Positions 11,901 through 22,052 of a stretch of DNA of 64,000 bases are shown in pieces. The notes beneath the pieces are model-generated. The model was not told where the DNA came from. It saw nothing but the letters and a program-made list of their open reading frames with translations, and searched no databases. This DNA is from Caecitellus pseudoparvulus (lineage: Eukaryota; Protista; Bigyra: Bicosoecida), in assembly GCA_965644315.1 (NCBI GenBank), contig CBFFRQ010000056.1:248001-312000 (forward strand). Reading direction: 5' to 3'. Each line of letters starts with the position of its first letter. Positions within the stretch are counted from its first letter, which is position 1. The translations under genes were made by a program, and so were the position numbers.

Positions 11901-13158
11901 AAGAACCACGGCACCAGCCGCCGCGGCACCGGCGCCCAAGCCCGCGACGCCTCTGGGCGGGTCGCTGTTTGACGATGACGATGGGGGTGTGTCGGCGCCA
12001 TCCCCGGCACCCGCCGCCGCGGCACCGGCGTCCGAGTCGGAGCCCAGAACTAGTATTGCCGTTGATGGGAACGATTCAGAGGATGTTTCCAGCCCCCCTC
12101 CTCTTCAGGCCGCAGTTTCGTCCCCTTCTTCAAAAGGCTCAGAAGGAAGCAGTGCTGAGAGCACTGCGCAACGAAAATCGACATTTAAGTCAGGAGGCTC
12201 GGGGAAAAGTGTGAAAGAGCTTGCCTCAGCACTGTCATTGGATCCGTCGAAACTGTTGCCTGGAACAGGAGGCGCCCACAAGGCAATTGCCAGAGCAAGG
12301 GCTGCATCCGGGTCGCAGCCACCTCACTCTCAAGCTACGGTTGCAATTGCCGGCATGGAAACGACAGAAAATGTTGCGGATGCCCAAATGAGCCGTGCCA
12401 CACACAAGGGGATTAGGCGCCGAAAGTCAAGGAAGCCGATGTTGATGACCCAGTCCGTGGATATAGATGGTGGCGGACAGACAAGCGAGCAGACTTCCCA
12501 GCACGCCCCCGCCGCTTCAACACATGCCGCCGCGGCACCGGCGCCCAAGCCCGCGACGCCTCTGGGCGGGTCACTGTTCGACGATGACGATGGGGGTGTG
12601 TCGGCGCCATCCCCGGCACCCGCCGCCGCGGCACCAGCGCCCAAGCCCGCGACGCCTCTGGGCGGGTCACTGTTCGACGATGACGATGGGGGTGTGTCGG
12701 CGCCATCCCCGGCACCCGCCGCCGCGGCACCGGCGCCCAAGCCCGCAGCACCTCTGGGCGGGTCACTGTTTGACGATGACGATGGGGGTGTGTCGGCGCC
12801 ATCCCCGGCACCCGCCGCCGCGGCACCGGCGCCCAAGCCCGCGACGCCTCTGGGCGGGTCACTGTTTGACGATGACGATGGGGGTGTGTCGGCGCCATCC
12901 CCGGCACCCGCCGCCGCAGCACCGGCGCCCAAGCCCGCAGCACCTCTGGGCGGGTCACTGTTTGACGATGATGACACACCACCCAGCTCATCGGCACCTG
13001 TTCCTCCGGCCCCCACGTTTGGCGGCCTGTTTGGAGAGGAAACGCCAGGTGGTGCAGGAGGGTCACGCTTGGGGAACCTTGGCAGTCTCTTTGACGATGA
13101 TGCAGCGGGAGACGCTGGTGCAGCGCAGAACAGCAACCTCGGGAGTTTGTTTGATTGA
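8995..13158 (+). CDS. WASHC2: WASH complex subunit 2 (FAM21). Introns 9067-9144, 9196-9271, 9386-9456
   Basis: Spliced N-terminus contains NQFMLLSNTQFMEHRVYDDD and FPLPFVIGTERFL...VGL, resembling the FAM21 head. Long acidic/Pro-Ala tail with many LF-acidic motifs, and SVKELASALSLDPSKLLPG followed by a basic CPI-like segment. Confidence 0.88.
11046..12972 (+). repeat. Coding tandem repeat, 96-bp unit (GGSLFDDDDGGVSAPSPAPAAAAPAPKPA[T/A]PL), about 12 copies in blocks, with a 456-bp higher-order duplication
   Basis: Near-identical units at 96-nt spacing (e.g. 11146, 11242). The linker EQRTALVGL...VTRTT occurs twice, 456 nt apart (11323 and 11779). Confidence 0.95.
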
Positions 13159-13325
13159 AGGTGGAATGCACGGCATGCTTGAAACGCAAGCTTGGATTTG
13201 TGAGCCGGTGGCCACGGGCCAGCCTGAAGCCGCACATTGAGCTGGGCAAGTGCGTCCAGAAATCAAATCCCGACCTGGATTCCCTTCAACTGATTTGTCC
13301 TGATTCAAGCCTTCGTGCGGTGTGA

Positions 13326-14824
13326 ATGACAATGGCTGCTCTGAGGCGTTCTGCGGCTGCGGCCGCCAGTGTTGTGGCACGTGCCGGGTCCGGGACCAGC
13401 CCTGCCATGAGCACGCTGGCTGCCTTCCCCTACTGGCAGAAGACAAGCCCTTCGCATGCTGTGAGTGCCGGCGCTTTGGCTGGAGAGCATGCGGGTGTAT
13501 GCACTGTGTTTCCATACGCAGGATCTCGTGTGCACCAATGGGATGGAGGTGGACCTGAACTACAGCTTGCTGCCAGATGGCATTGTGGCAGGCGGGGACG
13601 CTTGGCGCAACCCCAGCACGAAGGCACTGCTGATGTACACTGACAGCAGCGTCACGAAGAGCAAGGCTGTAGTTTCCAAGGCCACAGTGAAGGACTGCCC
13701 CCAGTTTGCCACTGACGCCTACGAGGGCTTTGCTGTCATGGATGTGGGGCAATTCGAGGAGCTGGACGCAGCTGTGTGTGCCCGCAATTCCGCACTGCTC
13801 CAATATGGCTTCCACCCTGTGCTCCACCCCCCCATTTGCAGGTGAAGGATGACTTGTATGATCGCAAGCGGATGTTTGTGCACGATGGTGTTCTGGGCAG
13901 CGAACGATCTTCCCAGACACGGGTTCGCGTCGTCACAGACAGCCCAGATGTGGCTCTGTTTGTTGCCAACATGCTGGTGCGTAGCCTTCAGTGAGGGCCC
14001 TCCCAGCGTCAGCTTCACTGCGCGCACCCACACCTTCGCAGCACTCAACCCCACTGTACAACGCGGAGACGTTCCCTCGCAACATCGTGGTGGTGGCCAA
14101 CACGCAGTGGGCACAGGCTGAGCCAGTCGTGGCTTCCGACGTGAACCTTGAGGCAGAAGGCAGTGTGAAGTGCACTGTGGTGGCGGCAGGACCTGTGCCT
14201 TTCCAGGCCATCGCAAGGCACATTGCTCACTGTGGTGCCCAGTTGGCAAGCGCCAGTGGCTGGACCAACCAGCCGGGCGGCGGCGCACCTGCGCTTGCTG
14301 CGGTTGAGACTGGCACACGTGAGCTGTACGTTGAGGATCGGCACTGGCGCCCCGCGTCGGGTGCTGCCCCGGGAGCTGTTCACTTGCCAGCCACTGCCCT
14401 GGCAGGGGCGAAGGGTGGAATCTCTCTGGTGTTCGGCTCGGGTGTGGACGTGCCTGCAGCCGCCCACGCTGACAAGAAGGTGACCCTGGTAGCTGCCCAC
14501 CACTCTGTGTGGAGCGCAGGTGGGGTGTCCCGAGCTTGGGCTGGCCTGTCTGTGCCCGAGGCCGCCGTTGGTGGGGCAGAGGCGCTGCCCCGCGGAGCTA
14601 TTTGTGCTGGCGGCCTCGCAACCTTGGCATTTGATGCGCCCGCTGTGGTTGCGCACCCAGTGCAAGTCATCGTTGTGGGTGGCAAGGCGAAGCCCACGCT
14701 GGAGGATCTGGCAGCAACGCTGGGTGGAGAGGCCGCTGAGCGTTTTCTTGCACAAGCCAAGGGCGTCAAACTTGTGCATGCAAAGACAGCCGCTGCCGCA
14801 ATCAAGGCGGCGGCTGGCGTCTGA
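13326..14824 (+). CDS. PEP carboxykinase (ATP)-like protein, probably catalytically inactive, with a mitochondrial-type presequence. Introns 13461-13521, 13774-13841, 13977-14041
   Basis: KRMFVHDGVLGSERSSQTRVRVVTDSPDVALFVANML resembles the PEPCK N-domain segment LFV.D.F.G.D....VRV.T..A.HALF..NM. LVAAHHSVWSAGGVSRAWAG aligns with LIGDDEHGW...GVFNFEGG. N-terminus MAALRRSAAAAASVVARA is Ala/Arg/Ser-rich with no acidic residues. Start may be 13332. Confidence 0.65.
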
Positions 14825-14903
14825 GCAGGAGCTCTTTCCCGCTACATTTCAATGCACGGCAATGGTAAGTCTTGCGTCCTCTACGCACTCATAGCAGCAA
14901 GGC

Positions 14904-17118
14904 ATGGAAGGCAGACCCCCACCAGGTGCCATAGATACGGCTCGCATCGTGCTGCACATCGATCTGGACGCATTCTATGCCCAAGTAGAACGTACGTGGC
15001 AGCGCGAAGGTGCAGCCGAGCACAAGTGCACCCACTAAACTGTTGCGCAGACGCCCGGGTCAAGATCCCTCGCTCAGAACCCCTAGCTGTGCAGCAATGG
15101 GATGGGCTCATTGCAATTAACTATCCCGCGCGCAGCAAGGGGCTAGGCCGCTTGAATACTGCTGCCACTGGACGGGCACAGTGCCCAGAACTGCACGTGC
15201 GTTTCGTCTCGAAACACCCACGTGAAGTTGACCGTTTGAAGGCATTCTCAGAACGTGATGCCGTCCTCCTCTCTTACAGCTCGCGCACGTCGAAGTTATT
15301 GATGAAAAAGGTAACATAGTTGACGTGGAAGATCTTGAGCGGGAAGACCTGCCCTCACTTAGTGGCAGCAGTGCCCAGGCGCCTGCTGGCTCGAACTCTG
15401 AGGGGACACAGCACGCAATGCCGACGTCCGGCTTGTCAGAGGCCGCCCGATCCACCCATAAAGTGAGCCTTCAACGATACCGCAAGGTCAGCCGCCAGAT
15501 ATTTGCCATCTTCACCGAGCTCCTTGGCGAGCACTGTGTGGAGAAGGCCTCAGTGGACGAGGCCTTCTTCGACGTGACAAGCATCGTGGAGTCCCTCTTG
15601 GACGCCCCTGGCGCTGAACTGCAAGCGATCCTATCCCATGCTGTAGAGACTATCCGTGTACAGGGCCAGGCAGCTCCCCATGGACTCGGGCCTGGCTGGG
15701 ACCCACCGGCAGGGCTGCGGCCTTGGGGACACGCGCCATCAAGGGGCCTAGCGCACTGGATCCCGCATGCCTTGTTGAAGTCAGCCGGTAGCACAGCTTC
15801 AGAGAGCAGCTCACTGACTCTGCCGGACTGGAACATCACATGGCCAAAAGTGGAAGGGGGTAGCCCACCTGAAGCCGCAACTGTCCTCCCAGTCTCCGAC
15901 CAAGACTCCCTGCGACTAGTACTGGGAGCCCACATTGCTGCCCATGTTCGTCGTGAGGTGTGGCTTCGCATGGGGTTCACGTGCTCTGCTGGAATAAGTC
16001 ACAACAAATTGCTCGCCAAGCTGGCGTCCGCGACTGCAAAGCCAAACCAACAGACCCTTGTCCCAGTCGCGTGCGTGCTTCCCATGTTGAGCGGCACGCC
16101 GCTGTCAAAGATTCGCAGCCTCGGAGGGAAGGTGGGCACCGAAGTGTGCAGCCATTGGGGCGTTGAGACTGCGGGCGAGGCACTTCGTATCCCGCTCGTT
16201 GCCCTGACACAGCGCCTCGGTGAAAAGACGGGGCAATGGGTATTCCGGGCAGTGCGAGGGCAGTGCGAAGAGGAAGTGCGTGGGGGACAAACGACGGTGA
16301 AGAGTATGCTGGCAGCAAAGTCTTTCGCCTCCAAACAAGGCAGCACACGACCAGCAGTGAGGCAGTGGCTTGGCATGCTGGTTGCAGACTTGGCGAGTCG
16401 CATGGTGCCTGACGCTGTTCTGAACCAACGCAGCCCAAAGACGCTCACCGTGTACTGGCGCCATATATCCACCAAGTCGCGGTATTCCCTGGGTCGCAGC
16501 AAGAGCTGTCCTATGCCCCCTCAAGGAAAGGTCGGCGCTACGGAGATGCAAGCTTGGCGAGCCGAGGAACAAGGCACTGCAACTCCCCAGCAGAGGGCGG
16601 CAGGGGCGGCAGCTCTGGCACACCGCAAGGCTGTCCTCCTGGAAAAGTGTGTTGACATGTTGCACACTGTTTCGGATGCCGAGTTGATGCCATGCACTCG
16701 CCTTGCCATGGCTGCAGCAGGATTCACCTCGACGGCAGTGTTGCCGGGCCAAGCGCGACTTGCCCAATTCCTTGCGAGCTCGACGGCGCCACACCATTCC
16801 AGCAGAGCATCCACAGCAGCAGTGGATGAGCCTTCAGGTGCACCAACTTCGCGCACGGAGGCTTGCACACCGTTCTGGGCATGTGCCGTGTGCACCATGC
16901 ACAACTCGCCGGACACTCGCGTGTGCGGCGCTTGCGGAGCTTGGAAGCCAGCATCGTCCGCACCAAGTGCAAACTCAAGGTCCACTCGCATTCAGCAGGG
17001 CCGTATGGCCGCATGGCTTCAGGGTTCCAATGGAAGCCGACCATCGAAACGTAGAAGCAGCAAGAGTGGACGCCCGCCGGCATCCGCTCCTGCGAGTAAA
17101 TTCTTCCGTCGTCATTGA
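14904..17118 (+). CDS. POLH: Y-family DNA polymerase eta. Introns 14992-15050, 15197-15279
   Basis: IVLHIDLDAFYAQVE, PLAVQQWDGLIAINYPAR, KVSLQRYR, EKASVDEAFFD, TCSAGISHNKLLAKLAS...KPNQQT, KIRSLGGKVG and KSMLAAKSF are Rad30/pol eta motifs. Confidence 0.93.
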
Positions 17119-17348
17119 TGTTAGAATGCACGCCAGAAAATGAGCCAGTCGAAGGCCCATGCGCCCTTGCATCACCAGCTGCGGCAGGGCTGCGACCGGC
17201 GCCAGCCAAGCTTGGACAAAGAGTGGTTTTGGGCTGTGCCCTTGCGTGACAGAGGGCTCCACGAAAGGGACTGCTTTGAACCCGGTCCCACTGGCGAGAA
17301 CGCTCACCGACGAGGTGCACATACCTGCTTGAGGTTTTCGGCTGGAGT

Positions 17349-20300
17349 ATGGACTCATTCTTGTTCTCCGGGGGAGTGTCTCTCCCCTCGTATAGGACTT
17401 CCAACGGTGGCGGAGTTTCAAACGAAACGGGCGTCAGCGCAAGCGGCGCTAGAGGGCCCCCAGGGACGAGCCCTGGCAAACCAGAAGCCGAGGTAGGGGG
17501 AACCGTCATCGTTGATACTCCAGAGGGTGCTTCAACGGCCCCTTTACTCACCGCACCTGTCGTGTTGGAGAGCCCTGAGCTGGCGCCCCCCAGCGCTGCC
17601 TTGCCAAGCACGCCAACTTCTGTGGTAGTTGACGCGGCCACATCACCCCAGCCAGGCGCAGGAGCTTTGTCCCCTGTTCATGCACTGCCTGTCTCTTTCG
17701 ATGGCCCTTCACGGGCTGGAAACGCGTTTGCCAAGATGATGTCTGCGTCAGCGAGGAGGGCAACACAGGCCGCTGGTAGCAAGCATCCTCCCCGTAGAGG
17801 GACATCAGCGCAGCCCAGCCAGGGAAGTCCTGGGGTATCGAAAGTACAGGACGTGTCGGATTGCACCCTGAGCACGCCACTACAGCTGCAGTCTCCGGCT
17901 GCAGTGTCTGTGCAATCGTCGGCGGCAGGCAAGCTCGCCCCTCGCACACGGGGTCAGAAGCGGCGGCTGCTAAGAGGACAGCGGACCCTCGCTGCTGTCC
18001 CAGAATCTGGACAACCGAGGGGTGAAAGTGGCCTTCCCTCTGCCGCGGCATCTCCTAAACTGCCTGCATCCCCTGACTCGTCCGTGCAAGTGGTCAAGAA
18101 GCCTCGAAGGTCGAAGCGTGTTGTGGCTGCCCCGGCGTCAAGCGGCGATGGTGCCAAGGACCGCGCCATCCCATCCATATTCATGACAAAAGCTCAGCGT
18201 GCCGAAGCCAGGCTTGCTGAGGCGCAGGCTGCCCTGCGGGCTACAGCTGCTCAGCGCCGCGCTGAAGCCAGTCTATTCGTGAAGGCAGGGGATGAAGCAA
18301 ACTCCTTCTTCAGCATTGCCAGCCGCCGTCAAGCCGCCATGCAGGCTCTAAAGACAGGTCACGCTGTAGACTGTGGCTCCTCAGCCCCCTCTCTCTCCGC
18401 TCAGGCTCATTGGCTGCACGACCGAGACAGACTCACTGCGCGCGTGGAGCAATGGGCGCTGCCAGACTTTCCATCCGCCAGCTGCGTGCACGTGAATGCG
18501 CCAGGGAAGCAAGCAGATGCTCATTTAGAATTCGGGCCACTGCCATGCCTCACTGAAGAGCACGAATCTGCCCCCCCGTCCACGGTGCAGGCAGGGCTTC
18601 TGCACCACACTTGGCTAGCTCGAGGTGACCAACCCAGCACACAAGCGCCCTTCACAGCCAGAAGCATGAACCAAGCGGATGGAATTTGCTGGATCACTGC
18701 TCAGTGTCGCGAAGCGTGGTCAGAGGCATTTCCCCGAGACCCGGCGGAGGGTGGGACGTCGCGGCTCGGCAGGCTGGTCTCAGGCATCCTTCGCAGCAGC
18801 TCTTCGCTGGGCTCCAGCACGCCCCCGGCGAGCTGGAGTGCAGATCACCCGTTTGCATCGAGTGAAGTTGCACATGCGCCTCTTCAGAAGGACATCGCCG
18901 ACTTCGTGCGGCACTGCGCCGAAGCAGCGTCCCGAACGGAGGGGGAGACCTTCCTTTCTGCACTGCAGCCTTCCGCAGCCCACCTTTGTGCTGCGAGCCC
19001 GGCTGCAACAGGGCGCTTGCTCACGTGGTTGCATCGATGGAAGGAAGAGAGTCTGTTGGGGTGTGGGAATGGCACGGTGCGAAGTGGCGGCAGCGTGCGC
19101 AGTGCTGCCGTGCCACAGGTCAGCGGCCAACTCGCATCGCAGCAGCACCTGGGGTGGCCCTTGGAGCACGGTGATGGAGACCCTGCAGATGCGAGCCTTC
19201 AAGATGACGAAGATTGGAACGCTGGGGCGTACTTGACCCCCATTGCCGTGCTTGCTGGGGCTCACGGCACGGGAAAGTCAGCTGCAGTTGCCGCGGCAGC
19301 TGCTGAGCTTGGATACTCTGTCATTGAAGTATCTGTATGCAGCTTGAAAGGAGGCAATCGCTGTCGGAAAGCAGTCATGGAACTGGTAGGGGAGGCAGTG
19401 TCAAGTCGGCGGCTGCAGCGCGGCATGGGAGGGCCATCAGCATCTGAGCGATTTGCAGCATTTGCAGCGTCTGCAGTGCCACAAAAGAGCAGCCGAAAGT
19501 CCCGCAAAGATGTGACATTGAAACCTGGGCAACCTCGACAGCCTTCAAGGCGAGCAGCTGGTCCCCAAGTGCCGCACCCACCCACCTCGGCAGACAAGGG
19601 CCCAGGCTCGCTCGGCACATTCTTCAAACCTACTCGGGCGCAGGCGAACCTTGGCAGCGCCCCGCTCTCTGATGAGAGCAGTGATGATGACAGTGTTGTC
19701 GCTGCCAAACCTCTGCGCGGTGGTCTGGTGGATCTGAGCCGCACCGCAGCTGAAGCTGACATTGCCGCATCCAGCACAGCAGCGTCGCTGAACAACTCGC
19801 AGTGCGGGGCAGGCGGTGCGCCTGCAGCGGCTGGGCAGCTGTCCTTGCTGCTGTTCGAAGAAGTTGATGTGCTGTTCTCAGACGACAAAGGGTTCCACTT
19901 GGCTTTGCGGGAGCTGGCGCTGCGGACGCGATGCCCCGTCGTGTTGACGACGTCGGCCCCGCCTCCGTGGTTGCCAGGCCTAGCCCTGTCTGCTGAGCAC
20001 ATCACATTCCCCGCTGCCCACCCCCTTCGAGTCTGGGCATGGATGCAAGCCGCTGCGCTTGGGGTGTTTGGTGTTGTGTTGGAGCCGGCCCGCTTGCTCC
20101 TGTTCGTCATGCATCACAATTCTGACCTTCGCAGGTGCTTGGGTGCTGTTCCAGAGCTCGTGCGCACTGTCAGACTCGTGGATGACTTTGCCTGCCCTTC
20201 AAGAAGCGCTGCACCTGTGCGTGCCATGGAAACGGCACCCCCGACGGAATGCTGGCAACATGCGCCCAGCGGCACCGTGTCCACTGGCGCCGGAGTGTGG

Positions 20301-22031
20301 CCCTGTGTCTTGGACGCTGCGCCTTCAGCAATCCCCGCAGGCACTGTGAGCAAGCTGTTTGTTCGTGGACGCGGCTTTGCAAGCGTTCCACCTGCAGAAG
20401 TTCAGGTTACATTGAGTGGTATCGCGCAAGCCTGCAGTGATGTCTGCGTGCTGTCTGACCGACTACTCTCGTGCATGACGCCGCCGGTCTCTGTGCCGTG
20501 TGACGCGGGGCACTTTTCGTCTGTCAAGTGGAGCAGTGTTGTGGTGTGCCTCAGTGGTAGTCGGTCAAGCCACAGCGGCATGTGGGAGGCGGGCTGGTGG
20601 GGTTCTTCGGCCCCCCACCTCAGCTCTCCAGCAGCCTCCGGCGCGCTGGTGCACTTTGTCGCCACTCCAAGTGGTTTAGCCGCGACCAATCCCCTTGGCA
20701 AGTTGGCTAGTGGTGGTGTGTTTGATCAGGAATCGTCTGACTCTGAGGGCTCAACGGCGTTCGCGGGCGAGCCCGAGCGCGCACCAGCGCATGCAGCTGA
20801 CCCGCCAGATTCCGTGCAGCAATGGATGCAAGAAGACACCCAGGCCACGAACGGAGCAGGTAGGCTGCGATTTGATCATCACAAGCCCGTGTCCTTTGAA
20901 ACCATTGACGAAGACTTGCGAGAACTGCAGCGCATGGCTTCAGCAGCACATGGACTGTGTGTCCTGGACATGCTTGCCTCTCCACGGGCCAACGGCGCCA
21001 GAGGACGAGTGTCAATGGCCGCCCCTCGCCCTGTCCTCTGCAATGGCGCGATGGGTGACAGGTTCTTCAATGGAGCTTGCTTTCAGCAGCCCCTGCACAC
21101 TCAAGTTCCCAGGGAATTGCATGGCTGTGCCCTCGAACGCGGCGGGCGGGGCTTGGACGAAGCAGATGTCGGTGCAGGGTGGAGCGGCATGCCTGGCTGG
21201 ATGAGGGCAGAAGATCGCAGCACCCTGCGCACCATGGAGACCACCGCCACTGCGTACCTGCACTCCGTTGGGTGGCAGGCGGCGCAGTTGCTTGCTGCAG
21301 AAGGAGCCTGCCCTGGGGGATTTTGCCTTGAGAGCGGGGCGTGGCCTGCGGCCAGCCAGCTAGCAACAGGTCCCTCCCATGTCAAGCCGTCCCGTGGCAC
21401 TCGGTCGCGGAGACCTGCATCCTTCTTTGGTGCAAAAGGGGGTGCCGAGGGTGACGAAGAGGAGGAAGATGCCTTGGGCTATCGGCCAGTGTGGGTGACG
21501 CCCTCGTGGCGGTCTCCTGGCATCTACTGCACAAGTGACAGCGCCATGCATCGAGCATTTGTGAAGGGGCTGCTGGAAGGCGCCGCGGCTTGTGGGGCTG
21601 TGCTGCAGCTGGAAGACTTGTCACCACAGGCGCGCTTGCTGTGGGACCGCCTCCCACACACACGCCTGATCAAAGGGCTGGGACAAGCCGCCGTAGCAAC
21701 AGAGCTAAACTTGTCAGCTCGACACCCAACCACTGATGGAGCAGTGGTGCCATGTGTGGGAGGTCGAGGGCGCAGCTTTCGTGGAGGAGGAGGTGCAGGC
21801 GGGGCCTCTGACCGGCTGTGGATGCTTCGGCGCATCGCCCGTCAGCAAAGTGCAGCCAGCGCAGTGTCCCGCAAGCGTCGATTCAGACACTACCTTCCCC
21901 GTCGCTTAGGTGTGGGCCATGCCACGTGCACGCTACTTGCCTGCCAGAGCGCATGGGCCGATGCCCCTCTCCAGCCTTTTCCTCCCCTGCCCGAGCCAGA
22001 CGCAGGCACCCAAGTCGCAGAAATGCATTGA
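17349..22031 (+). CDS. ATAD5: ATAD5/ELG1-like RFC large subunit (PCNA unloader)
   Basis: Walker A region LAGAHGTGKSAAVAAAAAELGYSVIEV, Walker B region SLLLFEEVDVLFSDDKGF...RCPVVLTT and C-terminal KRRFRHYL match the ATAD5/Elg1 pattern. Single 1560-aa ORF. Confidence 0.85.
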   Translation: MDSFLFSGGVSLPSYRTSNGGGVSNETGVSASGARGPPGTSPGKPEAEVGGTVIVDTPEGASTAPLLTAPVVLESPELAPPSAALPSTPTSVVVDAATSPQPGAGALSPVHALPVSFDGPSRAGNAFAKMMSASARRATQAAGSKHPPRRGTSAQPSQGSPGVSKVQDVSDCTLSTPLQLQSPAAVSVQSSAAGKLAPRTRGQKRRLLRGQRTLAAVPESGQPRGESGLPSAAASPKLPASPDSSVQVVKKPRRSKRVVAAPASSGDGAKDRAIPSIFMTKAQRAEARLAEAQAALRATAAQRRAEASLFVKAGDEANSFFSIASRRQAAMQALKTGHAVDCGSSAPSLSAQAHWLHDRDRLTARVEQWALPDFPSASCVHVNAPGKQADAHLEFGPLPCLTEEHESAPPSTVQAGLLHHTWLARGDQPSTQAPFTARSMNQADGICWITAQCREAWSEAFPRDPAEGGTSRLGRLVSGILRSSSSLGSSTPPASWSADHPFASSEVAHAPLQKDIADFVRHCAEAASRTEGETFLSALQPSAAHLCAASPAATGRLLTWLHRWKEESLLGCGNGTVRSGGSVRSAAVPQVSGQLASQQHLGWPLEHGDGDPADASLQDDEDWNAGAYLTPIAVLAGAHGTGKSAAVAAAAAELGYSVIEVSVCSLKGGNRCRKAVMELVGEAVSSRRLQRGMGGPSASERFAAFAASAVPQKSSRKSRKDVTLKPGQPRQPSRRAAGPQVPHPPTSADKGPGSLGTFFKPTRAQANLGSAPLSDESSDDDSVVAAKPLRGGLVDLSRTAAEADIAASSTAASLNNSQCGAGGAPAAAGQLSLLLFEEVDVLFSDDKGFHLALRELALRTRCPVVLTTSAPPPWLPGLALSAEHITFPAAHPLRVWAWMQAAALGVFGVVLEPARLLLFVMHHNSDLRRCLGAVPELVRTVRLVDDFACPSRSAAPVRAMETAPPTECWQHAPSGTVSTGAGVWPCVLDAAPSAIPAGTVSKLFVRGRGFASVPPAEVQVTLSGIAQACSDVCVLSDRLLSCMTPPVSVPCDAGHFSSVKWSSVVVCLSGSRSSHSGMWEAGWWGSSAPHLSSPAASGALVHFVATPSGLAATNPLGKLASGGVFDQESSDSEGSTAFAGEPERAPAHAADPPDSVQQWMQEDTQATNGAGRLRFDHHKPVSFETIDEDLRELQRMASAAHGLCVLDMLASPRANGARGRVSMAAPRPVLCNGAMGDRFFNGACFQQPLHTQVPRELHGCALERGGRGLDEADVGAGWSGMPGWMRAEDRSTLRTMETTATAYLHSVGWQAAQLLAAEGACPGGFCLESGAWPAASQLATGPSHVKPSRGTRSRRPASFFGAKGGAEGDEEEEDALGYRPVWVTPSWRSPGIYCTSDSAMHRAFVKGLLEGAAACGAVLQLEDLSPQARLLWDRLPHTRLIKGLGQAAVATELNLSARHPTTDGAVVPCVGGRGRSFRGGGGAGGASDRLWMLRRIARQQSAASAVSRKRRFRHYLPRRLGVGHATCTLLACQSAWADAPLQPFPPLPEPDAGTQVAEMH
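22022..22029. terminator. Palindrome AATGCATT: candidate shared 3'-end signal (AATKCA on both strands) between convergent ATAD5 and hybrid kinase genes
   Basis: Overlaps the last codons of ATAD5 and lies 24 nt past the hybrid kinase stop. The same hexamer recurs at most gene ends in the window. Function is inferred. Confidence 0.45.
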
Positions 22032-22052
22032 TGCGCCCTCGCCGAACTTTGG

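Noticed and set aside
11046-12972. Regular repeat array as CRISPR or mobile element
   Set aside because: Units are contiguous with no unique spacers, are in frame, and encode FAM21 LF-acidic motifs.
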